From Octopus vulgaris (Eukaryota), in the NCBI GenBank assembly GCA_951406725.2, contig OX597834.1, positions 20,212,001 through 20,276,000 on the forward strand: a stretch of 64,000 bases of DNA, in the 5' to 3' direction. The notes under the pieces were generated by a model. The model was not told the DNA's origin, did not search any database, and worked only from the letters and a program-made list of their open reading frames with translations. The first letter of the stretch is position 1, and every line of letters starts with the position of its first letter. Position numbers and translations under genes: made by a program. Shown here piece after piece: positions 38,532 through 55,435 of the stretch.

Positions 38532-38752
38532 CAAAGGTTGTTGAAAAATCTCTGGCCTTAAGGGTATCATGAAAAACCTCGTTGGAGGCTCGACCATCTG
38601 AGTTCTTTTATCAGACTTAAAAAAACTGAAGGACCACTGCAATAAGTGTGTAAATCTGAGAGGGGAATGAATATGTTCAATAAAATCATAATTAATTGAT
38701 CCTCCAGTATTTTCTTTTACCCAATGCCAGTAACTTTTCAGCACCCCTTCTG
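38532..38752 (+). mobile_element. Mariner-derived MITE
   Basis: Imperfect TIRs caaaggttgttgaaaaatctctggc and gccagtaacttttcagcaccccttctg; internal LKKLKDHCNKCVNLRGE resembles a mariner C-terminus. Confidence 0.7.
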
Positions 38753-39315
38753 ATATATATATATATTCACACAGACATATGCGTCTGAGCGAGGTGGGTT
38801 GAGAGAGTAGATGTTTATGCATTTGTTTACAGCTGTTTCATAATCTTGTTAGTTATATAATAGATATATATATCTATTTAGTTCTTGTCGCTTTTTTAAA
38901 TTACTTCCTCCCTAACCATTCCTATATTTTCGTTTCCAATTGTTGGTCCTGTGTCTTAAATTGTCTTGATATCAGAAGCTGTATTATTAATACAAATGTA
39001 TGTATGTGCATGTGTGTGTGTGTATGTGTGTTGGGGGGACGGGTAGTGCAACAGCAATATGCATTTGTTTATTGATAAAACTGTTTAGATGCACACGTTT
39101 AGCATACATGCTCAAAGCATTATTTGATGTTTTTTGTTGTTTTTTTCATAAATCTTCTTTGGTGGGGGTAGGGGCTTCTATATTTGCTGTTGATTTATTG
39201 GGAGTGGTCCATTATTTATTTTTTGCCTGTAGTTGGTTGAGGAGGGGACGTTGCAGGGGGGCGGGGGACAGGTGAGAGAGAATGAAGTGTCTGTTTTTTG
39301 TTGTTTTTTTTAATA

Positions 39316-39317
<2 letters not shown>

Positions 39318-39361
<44 letters not shown>

Positions 39362-39422
39362 GTTATTATTATTATTATTATTGTTATTATTATTATTATT
39401 GTTATTATTATTATTATTATTA

Positions 39423-39463
<41 letters not shown>

Positions 39464-39496
39464 GTTATTATTATTATTATTATTATTATTGTCATT

Positions 39497-39527
<31 letters not shown>

Positions 39528-39568
39528 GTATTATTATTATTATTATTGTTATTATTATTATTATTATT
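39318..39568. repeat. (TAT)n ~250 bp
   Basis: Direct inspection. Confidence 0.95.
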
Positions 39569-40128
39569 TTTGGGTTTTTGAATTTGAGATTATTCGTTCA
39601 TGTTTATTTAGGCGTCGTAGCGAAACCAATTTCAGATTGCATTAAAGTAATGTAAAATTTTCCACAGAATAATATTATATTACAAAACGTAAGTAAACTA
39701 AACAGGTTGAAAAATAGCAAAATAAAAAAAAACAAAAAAACCCACAAAAACAAAAACGTACATACATTAATATAAACAACAACAACAAAAACAACAACAG
39801 CAGCAGTAGTAACATAGATATAAACAAATCCATACAAAAACAATATAAAACACAAGAAAAATAAACGACCAAAATATGGATATTAAGAGATAGAATTATT
39901 ATATTTAAGGGGTTTCACAATAATGATTGAGAAGGAGAATTTTACAAAATCCTATTACCCATGTAGCATTGCCAATACATGTAGCAATGTCAAATTCAAT
40001 TACATGTTGTATTATTGTTATTTTATTAAATTATTGTTATATTTATTGTTTTGTTTATTACTATTCTTTTTTTTATTATTTTAGCTTGTGGCATAAACAA
40101 TTGCTTCCTTCAATCATCTGTTGATTTT

Positions 40129-40172
<44 letters not shown>

Positions 40173-40494
40173 GAGAGAGGGGGAGAGGGAGAGAGAGAGA
40201 GAGTGTGTGTGTGTATTATGTTATACATACATGTATATTTATATGATTGTGTGTATATGTCATATAAATATGTACAAGTTTATATGCATAGACATAGGAA
40301 AACACATGCACACACAAACACACACACACACACACACACATATATAAGTATACAATAATATATACTCATACCAATACACTCACGCATATATAAGTATCTA
40401 TATATATGTATTTTATATATGTATCTATATTTATATTCACAATACATATATGTATATATTATATTTATATATGTATATATGTGTGTGTATAAAA

Positions 40495-40850
40495 ATCATC
40501 ATCCTCATTGTGAAATGTCTGCTTTCCATGCTGGCATGGGTTGGACGGTTTGACTGGGGACTAGCAAGCCAGGTAGCTGTACCAGGCTCCAATCTGATCT
40601 GGCAAGGTTTCTACAGCTGAATTCCCTTCCTAACGCCAACCACTCCAAGAGTGTAGTGGATGCTTATCACATTTCACTGGCATGAGGGCCAGTCATGCAG
40701 TACTGGCATCAACCAACCTTGAATGGTTCTTTTTACCTACCACTGGCACAGGAGTCAGGCAGCACTGGCAATGATCACACTCAAATGGTGCTTTTTACAT
40801 GTCACTGGCACAGGAGCCAGTCAGGTGGCACTGGCCATTGACCAGACTAT
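40495..40850 (-). mobile_element. Old RTE 3'UTR fragment
   Basis: ctttccatgctggcatgggttggacgg...cccttcctaacgccaaccactcc plus repeated cactggcac modules. Confidence 0.7.
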
Positions 40851-40864
40851 CAGATGTCATTACA

Positions 40865-41088
40865 CATGCCTGGTCACAATGCACTTAGTACTGTTCTAGC
40901 CTTCAAAAGATGCTACCTCATTGGGTTGGTGAGCAGGCCCACAAGCCCCCGTTGATCAAAAGGGGGACTGAAGCAATGAGAAAAGAAGAGATTTGCTCAA
41001 GAACACAATGTGACACCCAGTCTGGGAATCGAACTCACGATTTAGCAATTGTGAGTGCAACACCCTAACCACTAAGCTATGTGCTTCC
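40865..41088 (-). mobile_element. tRNA-derived SINE family D
   Basis: Reverse complement: gcacatagcttagtggttaggg...gagttcgattcccag...attgtgttcttgagcaa. Confidence 0.65.
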
Positions 41089-41482
41089 ACACACACATAT
41101 GAAGTGATAGAAACTATAAGGAAGCCTATAGCATGAACTGTGTCTGTAATTTGAAGATCCAGCCTCAATATACTTTGCATCATGCTAATCCAGACTGAAA
41201 ATCTCACATTAAAGAAACCAGTAGCAGTGGAATACTCAGCCGTTTACACATTGCTTTAACAGGCAATTCATTCAGTCTCACCATTGAATGATCATTCATG
41301 ATTATTATACTTTTTCCCTGCCACCTTACTGCCCTCATCATTGTTAAGATGGTGACGACAGGATCGTTAGCATGCCAGACAAGATTTTGGGGTCTGTGAC
41401 ATAAGTACCAGTTATACACTGGAGCCAAATTTCAAACCTTGTACCTACTGAAAAAAATTATTATTATTATTATTATTATTAT

Positions 41483-42030
41483 TGAGTGAGAGAGCAGTGC
41501 ATGTCATCAAAGTGACACTGGAGTAAAATATACGAAACCCAGTATAGCCATCATGACTACCTGTCTGATAAGGGTACACCAGGCATGTGCATCGCAACCT
41601 TATGTGCTCAACAAGGTGATCTCTTATCAAGATAAACAATGCATGACCTTGTACGTGGGGCCTAGTCAGAATTTTCTTCAGGTCAAGTAACCCATCCTGC
41701 TCAAAAGGTCCCTGAATAAGGGTTGTTTAAGGATGTTGAATGAAACACCCACGTTTCCAAAGGTGAATTATCAAAACCCCAAATAATTCCTCTCAACACA
41801 TGGCTATGATTCTCCCCCACCACTTCTGCTCGTGATCAGAGATGCACATATCGCCAGCCACCAAGGGGCATTCTCAACTGGTTAAGGTCAAGCAACTGAC
41901 AAGCAACTCTGTGGTACTGAGCAGAATATTTGCTGTAGGTCATCTTTTAATACCAGGTCAAAACAATATACATGATAACACTTCCAATCATAAGTCATGA
42001 GACCCACTGCCTGGTACTGCATCAGAGCAT
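41483..42030. mobile_element. Unclassified ~550-bp interspersed element embedded in (ATT)n
   Basis: Complex non-coding block sharply bounded by (ATT)n on both sides; recalled from memory as a common octopus repeat (unverified). Confidence 0.45.
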
Positions 42031-42345
42031 TTATTATTATTATTATTATCATCATCATCATTATTATTATTATTATTGTTATTATCATTATTGTGAAAGC
42101 AGCAAGCCGGGAGAATTGTTATTATGTTGGAGAAAATACTTTGCTGCATTTCTTCCTGATCTTTACGTTCTGAGTTCTAATTACACCAAGTAGGACTTGA
42201 ACCCGGAACCATGCAGTTGGGGTGCAACCTTCCTACCACACAGCCATTGTGTACTCTGTATACTCGCATTAAACATTACTTTCATCTTATCGTTCCATTC
42301 TCTCTAAAAAATCCTCCTATTGTGTGTGTCTGGTGGCAAATAAAA

Positions 42346-42885
42346 ATCATCATCATCATCATCATCGTCATCATTATCATCATCATCATCAATCATCATT
42401 ATCATCATCATTATCATCATCATCATCATTATCATCATCATCATCATCATCATCATCGTCATCATCATTATCATCATCATTATCATCATCATCATCATCG
42501 TCATTATCATCATCGTCATCATCATTATCATCATCATTATCATCATCATCATCATCATCATTATCATCATCGTCATCATTATCATCACCATTCATCATTA
42601 TAATCATCATCATCATCATTATCATCATAATCATCATCATCATCATCGTCATCGTCATCATCATCATTATCATCATCATTATCATCATCATCATCATCGT
42701 CATTATCATCATCGTCATCATCATTATCATCATCATCATTATCATCATCGTCATCATTATCATCACCATTCATCATTATAATCATCATCATCATCATCAT
42801 CATTATCATCATAATCATCATCATCATCATCGTCATCGTCTCATCATCATTATCATCATCATCATCATCATCATCATCATCGTTA
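42346..42885. repeat. (CAT)n/(TAT)n/(CGT) degenerate trinucleotide array ~540 bp
   Basis: Direct inspection; internal duplication marked by caccattcatcattataatc twice. Confidence 0.95.
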
Positions 42886-43197
42886 TTAATCATTTTTTTT
42901 TTGTCTGATGGAACATGATTAGAATTGAATATGAATACTACAACAATATTGTTACGTAATTGCCCAGACCATTGATATCTTCTCCTCTCATTTCATTCAC
43001 AACGTAATACTTCCATTTTATAATCTTATTAGTTGTTTTGCTTTGTTTTGTTTTATATTTTGTTCCTCTTTCTTTTCTTGTGCTTTCTGTTACATATTTT
43101 TTTCTTTTTCCCTTTTTTTTCTTTTTTGCCTTTTTGGCTTTTGGATTTATTTCTGCTCATGATTGATTTATGCTGGATACATATATTATTTTAAACC

Positions 43198-46956
<3,759 letters not shown>

Positions 46957-46965
46957 AGACCTACC

Positions 46966-47209
<244 letters not shown>

Positions 47210-47363
47210 ATGTATATGTGCATGTATGTGTGTTCGTATGTGTATGTACATATATGTATGTATGTGTATATGTGTGTGTGTGTGTGTATGTATACTGGTT
47301 GTATACTGGATGTGTAATTTTTTTTATATCACACTTTTATGCTGATTCTACACTGGTCTTTGG

Positions 47364-47600
47364 AATAATAATAATAATAATAATAATAATTGTGTACAGT
47401 GCTCAGGTGCACTATAACTCATCTAAAGTGTATATATAATCAGGTGTAGTTTTGCCGGATTTCGGAAAGCATGAGGGCCTTAAAGGATGCAGTGTCATGG
47501 CAGTCAACAACTGACGCAGGTAGTTTATTCCATGCTTCAGCAACTCTGAGCGTGAGAAAATGTTTCCGAAAGTCATGGGAGCTGTGTTGTTTTCTGACTT
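47364..47600 (-). mobile_element. CR1-like LINE 3' end with (ATT)n tail
   Basis: Minus frame VRKQHSSHDFRKHFLTLRVAEAWNKLPASVV...SFK, a CR1 C-terminal signature. Confidence 0.8.
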
Positions 47601-47851
47601 GATGCTATGTGTTAGATATTTCTGTTCATATATCACTTTGTGTGAGGACATTTGCGTGCACATGTGTATGTGTGTGCATAAATCTATAAAACATAAAGAT
47701 AGAATGACGAAACTTTAATCACAAATCACAACTATTGTTTCTGTGCACTGATAACAGCTGTTAGTTGCAGAGTTCTCCATATCATACTATTACATAGGCA
47801 ATTTTATAATTGTGTGTATGTATGTACATATATATATATATATATATAAAA

Positions 47852-49410
47852 GGTCGATGCGGAAACTGGAGATTGAAGAATGGCTAATAAGGGCTGTACA
47901 GGCTCTATACAGAGAGGCTGTTAGCAAGGTTAGGATTGGCAACGAATATAGTGAAGAATTCCGAGTAGAAGTAGGTGTGCACCAGGGCTCAGCCCTCAGT
48001 CCCCTTTTGTTCATCATAGTCCTTCAAGCAATAACAGAGGAATTCAAAACGGGATGCCCCTGGGAGCTCCTCTATGCCGATGACCTAGCTCTCATAGCAG
48101 AATCACTACCAGAACTAGAAGAGAAATTTCGGGTATGGAAGCAAGGGTTGGAATCAAAGGGCCTTAGAATAAATGTAGCAAAGACCAAAGTATTAGTAAG
48201 CAGCAAGAGGTACTCAACACACATCCCCTCGGGTAGGTGGCCCTGCTCAACCTGTAGGAAAGGTACAGGTAGAAACTCCATAAGATGCACCCAATGTAAG
48301 TTATGGACACATAAGAGGTGCAGCAACATTAAAGGGAAATTAACAGATAAGATAGCTTTCATGTGCGGCAGATGCACAGGGACAATAGACACAACAGACA
48401 CTCAGAAAACAGATTCCATCACACTCCAGGGAGAGAAACTAGAAGTAGTTGATAGTTTCCGCTACCTGGGAGACCAAGTTAGTAGCGGAGGTGGATGCAC
48501 AGAGAGTATCACCACTAGAATACGAATAGCCTGGGCAAAGTTCAGAAAGCTCCTACCCCTACTGGCAACAAAAGGCCTCTCCCTCAGAGCAAAAGGTAGA
48601 TTGTATGATGCATGTGTGCGAACTGCCATGCTTCACGGTAATGAAACATGGGCTGTGACTGCAGAAGACATGCGTAGACTTGAAAGAAATGAAGCTAGCA
48701 TGATCCGCTGGATGTGTAGTGTCAGTGTGCACGCAAAACAGAGTGTAAGTATCCTGAGAGAAATGCTGGATATAAGAAGCATCAGATGTGGTGTGCAAGA
48801 GCGACGCTTGCGATGGTATGGTCATGTGCTGCGGATGGATGAAGAGAGATGTGTGAAGAAGTGCCACTCCCAAACAGTTGAAGGTATCAGGGGAGAGGTA
48901 GACCCAGGAAGACATGGGATGAGGTGGTCAAGCATGACCTCAGAGCATTGGGCCTCACTGAGGCAATGGCGAAGGACCGAGATCTCTGGAGATATGCTGT
49001 GACTACAAAGACCCGGGCTGCTTTCTGCAGCAATTCCACATACCCCCTACCCATTCTAAGTACCCCGGATCCCCAAAGTACCCCGGATCCCCAAAGTACC
49101 CTGGATCCCCAAAATACCCCGATCCCCAAAGTACCCCGGACCTCGTTGCCCCCGTGCCGCTGACACGTTAAAATGCTCGAACCGATCGTGACGATGCCGG
49201 ACCCTCCGGCCCCTGTGCAGGTGGCACGTAAAAAGCACCCAATCCACTCACGGAGTGGTTGGCGTTAGGAAGGGCATCCAGCCGTAGAAACTCTGCCAGA
49301 TTCAGACTGGAGCCTGGAGCGGCCCCTGGCTTCCCAGACCCGGTCAAACCGTCCAACCCGTGCTAGCGCGGAAAGCGGACGTTAAACGATGATGATGATG
49401 ATGATGATGA
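47852..49410 (+). mobile_element. 5'-truncated RTE, second subfamily
   Basis: ORF 47812-49002 homologous to the 990-aa ORF from MRKL onward (YADD, PHD finger, FRYLG); one frameshift near 48890; distinct 3'UTR, same terminus and (GAT)n tail. Confidence 0.93.
49058..49142 (+). repeat. 18-bp minisatellite (aagtaccccggatcccca) x about 4.7 in the RTE 3'UTR
   Basis: Units at 49058, 49076, 49094, 49112, 49129. Confidence 0.9.
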
Positions 49411-49612
49411 AAAGAAGAAAGAGGAAATGAAGTTAATAATTGGAAGCTAATAATTATTAACTTCCAAATCTACAATTTCTTTTTCTTCTTTTATATGTTT
49501 TTATATATAACTATTATTTTAAGGAAATTTATTCCCCCAAAATATTAGGTATTGAACCAGTATTTCCTTGGATGAAACCATCCCTTCATGAGGATTAACA
49601 CAACCTCTAATC

Positions 49613-49670
<58 letters not shown>

Positions 49671-49674
<4 letters not shown>

Positions 49675-50401
49675 TCATCATCATCATCGTCGTTTAGCGT
49701 CCGTTTTCCATGCTAGCATGGGTTGGACGGTTCTACTGGGGTCTGTGAAGCCAGAAGGCTTCATCAGGCCCAGTCAAATCTGGCAGTGTTTCTACGGCTG
49801 GATGCCCTTCCTAACGCCAACCACTCCGTGAGTGTAGTGTTGCTTTTTATGTGCCACCCGCACAGGTGCCAGACAGAGCTGGCAAACGGCCACGAACGGA
49901 TGGTGCTTTTTATGTGCCACCGGCACGAGGGCCAGGCGAGGCTGGCAACGGACACGAAACGGGGCGAAACGGAAGGTTCTCTTACATGCCACCGGCACTG
50001 GTAACACATCTGCAATTTCCATTATCGATTTCCATTCTGATCCTCACTTGCCTCAACGGGTCTTCACAAGTAGAGTTTCGACATGCCACTGGCACTGGTA
50101 ACACATCTGCAATTTCCATTGATCGATTTCGATTCTGATCCTCACTTGCCTCAACAGGTCTTCACAAGTAGAGTTTTGTGTCCCAAGAAGGGAAGGTATG
50201 CATACGTAGGCTGGCTCCATCCCATGTAGAAGGCCACGGTTTATGGACTCACTTGTCCTGCCGGGTCTTCTCGCGCACAGCACACTTCCAGAGGACTCAG
50301 TCTCTAGTCATTTCCTCAGTGAGACCTAAAGTTCGAAGGTCGTGCTTCACCACCTCGTCCCAGGTTTTCCTGGGTCTGCCTCTTCCACAGGTTCCCTCAA
50401 C
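49671..50401 (-). mobile_element. 5'-truncated copy of the first RTE subfamily
   Basis: Near-identical by eye to 43345-44105. Confidence 0.93.
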
Positions 50402-50435
50402 AATTGCTGAGCCCTAATTATAAAATATTACTTAA

Positions 50436-50477
<42 letters not shown>

Positions 50478-50478
50478 C

Positions 50479-50556
50479 TTATAAACAAGGGTAATGGAAA
50501 AATTATTGCAATGTCAATTAACATTGAAATAATTTTTATATTGCCCTTGTTTATAA
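50479..50556. repeat. 78-bp near-perfect palindrome
   Basis: ttataaacaagggtaat..aaaaattatt.caatgt pairs with acattg.aataattttt..attgcccttgtttataa. Confidence 0.85.
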
Positions 50557-50731
50557 TTTTAGCCTTTATAGGTATTTTAATATGTTGCAACTTTTGATGA
50601 AATTTTTTTCTGAAAAAATTTTATCCTATATTAGTAGTATATATACGTGAAGAAAATGGATGTAAATAACGAGAAATTCGTTGTTTTCACTGGTATGTCT
50701 TTAATTTAATTAATTAACAAAGAAGAAAGTA

Positions 50732-50782
50732 GCATTTACGATTGTTTCAATCTACTAGTTTTAGTAAACGTCTTCAGAATGC
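50732..50782 (-). ncRNA. Type-I hammerhead ribozyme motif (family H4)
   Basis: GCATT-CTGAAGA-c-GTTTACTA-aaac-TAGTAGAT-t-GAAAC-aatc-GTA-AATGC: core intact, three stems, GUA triplet. Confidence 0.7.
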
Positions 50783-50954
50783 GAAAAATAAATTAATACA
50801 TCGGTAATGGTAATAAAGTCAAATTTTGTTAGTCTTACATTATATTATGTTCTTAAGTTGATTATTCTGCTGGGGAGTGGATTTCATTGTAGTAGATTGG
50901 TTAGTTTATGGTTCCGCTGGGAAATTAAAGTGGGGTGAATAATGGGTATAAGAG

Positions 50955-51498
50955 GAATTAGGTGTTGTGTGTAAGAGAGAAGACTGTGCTGGTTTGGTCT
51001 GGTGATGTGTATGGGTGAGGCCAACAGTGTAGAGAAGTGCTGAGCTATAAGTGTGGAGGGTGCCTATTGAAGGGGTAGACCCAGGAGATGTGGGATGAAG
51101 GGGTGAGAAATGATCTTCCGATGCTGGGCCTCATGGTGGAAATGACAAGGGATTGAAAGATGTGGCAGTTTGCTACACTTGAGAGGATACATCATGCTAA
51201 GTAAAATCACTGTATTCCAACATACAGGCTTGTCCTTTCGGGTGTCAGTGGCACATAAATGGCACCTGTGCCAGTGTCACATAAAAATTGCTGGTGCTGC
51301 TGGTGGCACATAAGAAGCACCCAGCACACTCGGTTAAGTGGTTGGTGTTAGGAAGGGCATGCACCCACAGAAACCATGCCACAACAGACAATTGGTGTCT
51401 GGGCAGGTCCCTGCTAATCAGCTTCCTGTCAAACCGTCCAACCCATGCCAGCATAGAAACCTGACATTAAATGATGATGATGATCACGATGATGATGA
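50955..51498 (+). mobile_element. Old degraded RTE 3' fragment
   Basis: gagagaagactgtgctggtttgg...gggtagacccagga...ccgtccaacccatgccagcat...gatgatg. Confidence 0.75.
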
Positions 51499-51957
51499 TT
51501 ATATATACAACAAAAATGCATATATGGAGAAATTCATCTTACACTGCCAACAATTGTTTCTGTTCTATAAACATATTAAGATACAAAAAATATCATTGAA
51601 CTTAATATTTCCAGAAATACATGTTAACCCAATACATGTGTTTTTGTTGCATAATACATTGAATTTACCAAAATTCTTCCAAAGGATATTTGAATCAACT
51701 CGTCAAACATGGGGAATTACTTTGGATGTGTATTCTACATGCATTTATTGGTGTTTGATTGTTGGGTATAATTAACCAAATTAATTTAAAACTGAGATAT
51801 TAGCCTGGATCTTTTAATCCCTTTTTATTCTTCTTACTCATCATCATCATCATCAGCATTTAATGTCTGCCTTCCATACAGGCATGGGCTGGATGGTTTG
51901 ACTGAGAACTGGCAAGCCGGGAGGCTGCACCAGTTTCTAATCTGGTTTAGCAAGGTT

Positions 51958-52012
<55 letters not shown>

Positions 52013-52135
52013 ATTGCAGCGTAACGTATCTATAATGACTCCTGGAAACAGCTGTAAGCCAATTTACTCCTATAAAGGATGAATATGTTATGGCTATTAT
52101 TTATACCTTGTGTTTATATATATATATATATATAT

Positions 52136-52169
<34 letters not shown>

Positions 52170-52509
52170 AAGATGGGAAAGAAAGGAAAACTGACAGAGA
52201 AAGAGAGAAGCAATGAGATAGGCAGAGAGAGAGAGAGAGAGAGAATAAGAGAGAGAAATCAGGAAATAACCTTGTTTTTCTGATTTACTTCTCTACAGTT
52301 GGTGATGCAATTTTATGTGCAACAGTATGCTACATATGCATGTAATTGCATGGGATTGTTTTCTTCTTCATTTACTAGTTTGAATCAGTGAAACATGTCA
52401 ACACCAGGGAAACATTCTGCTCTAAGGACACGTTTTTGTTTGTATTGAACCCAATATATTTTTTATCACCTTCCTACAACACACTGTTAACAAACCAGTA
52501 ATTAATTTA

Positions 52510-52753
52510 ATTAAACTAAATGCCATCGGCATGGACACTTTAAAGCTCAGATGTGTGGCAACTGACTTGGCAGACACCCACAAGAGTATCCACCATCTTT
52601 CCAACCACAACCTTGGGCACCTTTTTGAATTCCATACGTCTAACACTCATGGACATGCTTACAAAATCAAAAACCAACATGACGTCTATAACTTTCAGGA
52701 ACATATTTTTTACGCTCAAAAGTGTTGGAGCATGGAATAAACTATGCCCATCA
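52510..52753 (+). mobile_element. CR1-like LINE C-terminal fragment
   Basis: LNAIGMDTLKLR...DL..THK...NTHGHAYKI...FFTLKSVGAWNKL; same type as 47364-47600. Confidence 0.75.
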
Positions 52754-52757
52754 TAGT

Positions 52758-53137
52758 CTAAACATAGAGAGGACAAACAAGGACAGACAAAGGGATTAAG
52801 TCGATTAAATCGACCCTAGTGCATAACAGGTACTTATTTAATCAACCCCGAAGAGGATGAAAGGGAAAGTCGACCTCAGCGGAATTTGAACTCAGAACAT
52901 AACGGTAGACGAAATACCTATTTCTTTATTACCCACAAGGGGCTAAACATAGAGGGGACAAACAAGGACAGACATAGGTATTAAGTCGATTACATCGACC
53001 CCAGTGCGTAACTGGTACTTAATTTATCGACCCCGAAAGGATGAAACGCAAAGTCGACCTTGGCGGAATTTGAACTCACAACATAACGCAGACGAAATAC
53101 CGCTAAGCATTTCACCTACATGCTAACGATTCTGCCT
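52758..53137 (-). mobile_element. SINE family B, two internal units
   Basis: ctaaacatagag.ggacaaacaaggacagac occurs twice; reverse complement of the 172-bp-type unit. Confidence 0.85.
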
Positions 53138-53842
53138 CTCCTAACATATTGTTATATTGTTATGCATGCAATCAAATCAACAATCCTTGAAGAAAAAAAA
53201 AACATACACTCTCCCACCTAAAAAAAAAATATCAAGCAATTTTGTCATAAATTTCAATATCAAATGCAGAAATTATTGAAAGAATCATAAAATCAAATTG
53301 AAATTCTTCCTCACATATATGGTAAACAGTTCCAAACACTTAAGTTGAAATGTTTTCCATTTATACCATTCTTTGTTTTTTTTTTGTTTTGTTTTTGTTT
53401 TTTTGTTATTTTCTTTCTGATGTTTCATATTTTTATGATAAATCATAAATTGTTTATAACTGATAGAATCCATAAATTTACATAAATTTTGAGTTGATGG
53501 ATTTCATAGTATGTTGTCACTAAATCATTATTCTCTGAACACTTGGCAACATGCAACATACATCATCATGATGTATTTACTAAACTTCCAATAACATTCT
53601 GTAACTCAAGTGCTGTTTCAATTCCAGAAATGTTATTCCTAAAGGGGGTTCTAAGATATTTCTCACTGTTGCACTAGACTGCCTCATTGCATTGTTACGG
53701 AATCAGATCCTGTTTTCTAGTTCAGTGTTTCTCAAACTATCTGATGTGGCATACCAGCAGTTCCCACCACCAGGGACCATTAATATTTCTTAGTAGTATT
53801 AATTTATACCAGAAACAATATATATAACGAAGCAGTGGCTTG

Positions 53843-54050
53843 TTGCCAACATACTGTAGCTGTCACGGGAAACGGAAGAATGCTACTGCTATTTAGACCC
53901 CAAACACCGTTTCTAGTTGGCTATGCAACTCAAGGATTCTATGCCCTTAAGTTTTCAAACAGGGGAGATAAGCACCTCCACCCGACAAAGCCAACAGCCA
54001 GACACTAGTTTCTGGTAAATTCCCTTCATCAGTCTGGAGTAGCTTGGCCT
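53843..54050 (-). mobile_element. Diverged H3-family element with hammerhead motif
   Basis: Shares ttgccaacata, ctgctatttag.cccc, ttggctat and caggggag with 32881-33099; motif at 53998-54037 reads CCAGA-CTGATGA-A-GG-gaattta-CC-a-GAAA-CTAG-TG-TCTGG. Confidence 0.7.
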
Positions 54051-54727
54051 TATAATGAATATAATAAAAGTTGGTGAGTAACAAGCTCCACCGGACAGCT
54101 GATAAGTTGTTTACTGCTGTGCATAAGGTAAAATTACAGAAATTATGCTATCGTTTCTTTCTTTTCTGGAAACTCGCTGCGTACTGACACCTGATGGCTC
54201 ATGGACTGGTGCCAGTCTGCAGACCACCCTTTGAGTAGCACTGGTCTAGTTGACCCAGCCAGAGTTGGTCAAGTTCCAGTTTGCATCTCAGTAGCAACAG
54301 CAAACCACTGCTTGGCCTCTCTTTATCTCATATCACCAAGTAGTGCTGCTTGTTTGCTTTTATCCCGTGATGTCAAGGTGAGGAGGCACACACACACACA
54401 CACACACACACAAAAACACATACACATAATCACGCACACACATAAACACATACGCACACAAATATACACAGACACACGAACACAGACGCACATAAACACA
54501 CATAAAAAAACTCACACAAACACACATTCATACACACATAAACACACGCACTAACACACTCACACACATAAACACACACAGATACACACATAAACACACA
54601 CACACATATGAACACACATACACACACACACATCTCAGCATTTAAGGTCTCTATTCTATCCTAGCATGCGTTTGATGGTTTAACCGGATTCAACCAGCCT
54701 GAAGGCTGCATTGGTCTATAAGCATTT

Positions 54728-55435
54728 ACCTTTTACTTGTTCCAGTCATTTGATTGTGGCCATGCTAGAGCAGCACCTTTAGTTAAACAAATCGACCCCC
54801 AGGGCTTATTCTTTGTAAGCCTAGTACTTATTCTATCAGTCTCTTTAGCTGAACCTCTTAGTCACGTGGACATAAACACACCTACATTGGTTGTCAAGCG
54901 ATGGTGGGAGGACAACCACACACACACACATACACACACATATATATCTGACAGGCTTCTTTCAGTTTCCGCCTGCCAAATCCACCCACATAGCTTTGGT
55001 CAGCCCGAGGCTAGAATAGAAGACACTTGCCCAAGGTGCCACGCAGTGGGACTGAATCTGGAACCATGTGGTTAGGAAGCAAACTTCTTACACACAGCCA
55101 CACCTGTGCCTATATTTATTTCTCTCTCATTTTTTGTAAAGCCTGGTACTTACTCTATTGGTCTCTTTTGTGGAACTGCTAAGTTACAGGGACATAAACA
55201 CACCAACATTGGTTGTCAAGTGGTAGTGCAGAGAGACACATACACAAAGACACACACACACACATGAGTGGCTCCTTTTCAGTTTTTATGCACCAAATCC
55301 ACTCACAAGGCTTTGGTTGACCAGAGGCTACAGTAACACGCATATACACATGCCAAAGGCACCATGCAGTGGAACTGAACCCACGACCATGTGCTTCATC
55401 AGCGAAAACAAACTTACCACACTGCTACGCCTGCC
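54728..55435 (-). mobile_element. Two tandem SINE family A copies
   Basis: About 54728-55111 and 55135-55435, colinear with the reverse complement of 37131-37549. Confidence 0.8.

Noticed and set aside
42211-42908. Poly-His/Ser/Ile/Asp/Met ORFs
   Set aside because: (CAT)n microsatellite artefacts
47720-47790. Hammerhead-like remnants (GAAAC-aata-GTT with a long stem II); similar half-motifs at ~38825-38855, ~49556-49598 and ~52040-52060
   Set aside because: CUGANGA core or cleavage triplet missing or mutated; may be decayed elements but not supportable individually
53723-53775. cagtgtttctcaaact, a hAT/Charlie-like terminus
   Set aside because: No matching second TIR or TSD found
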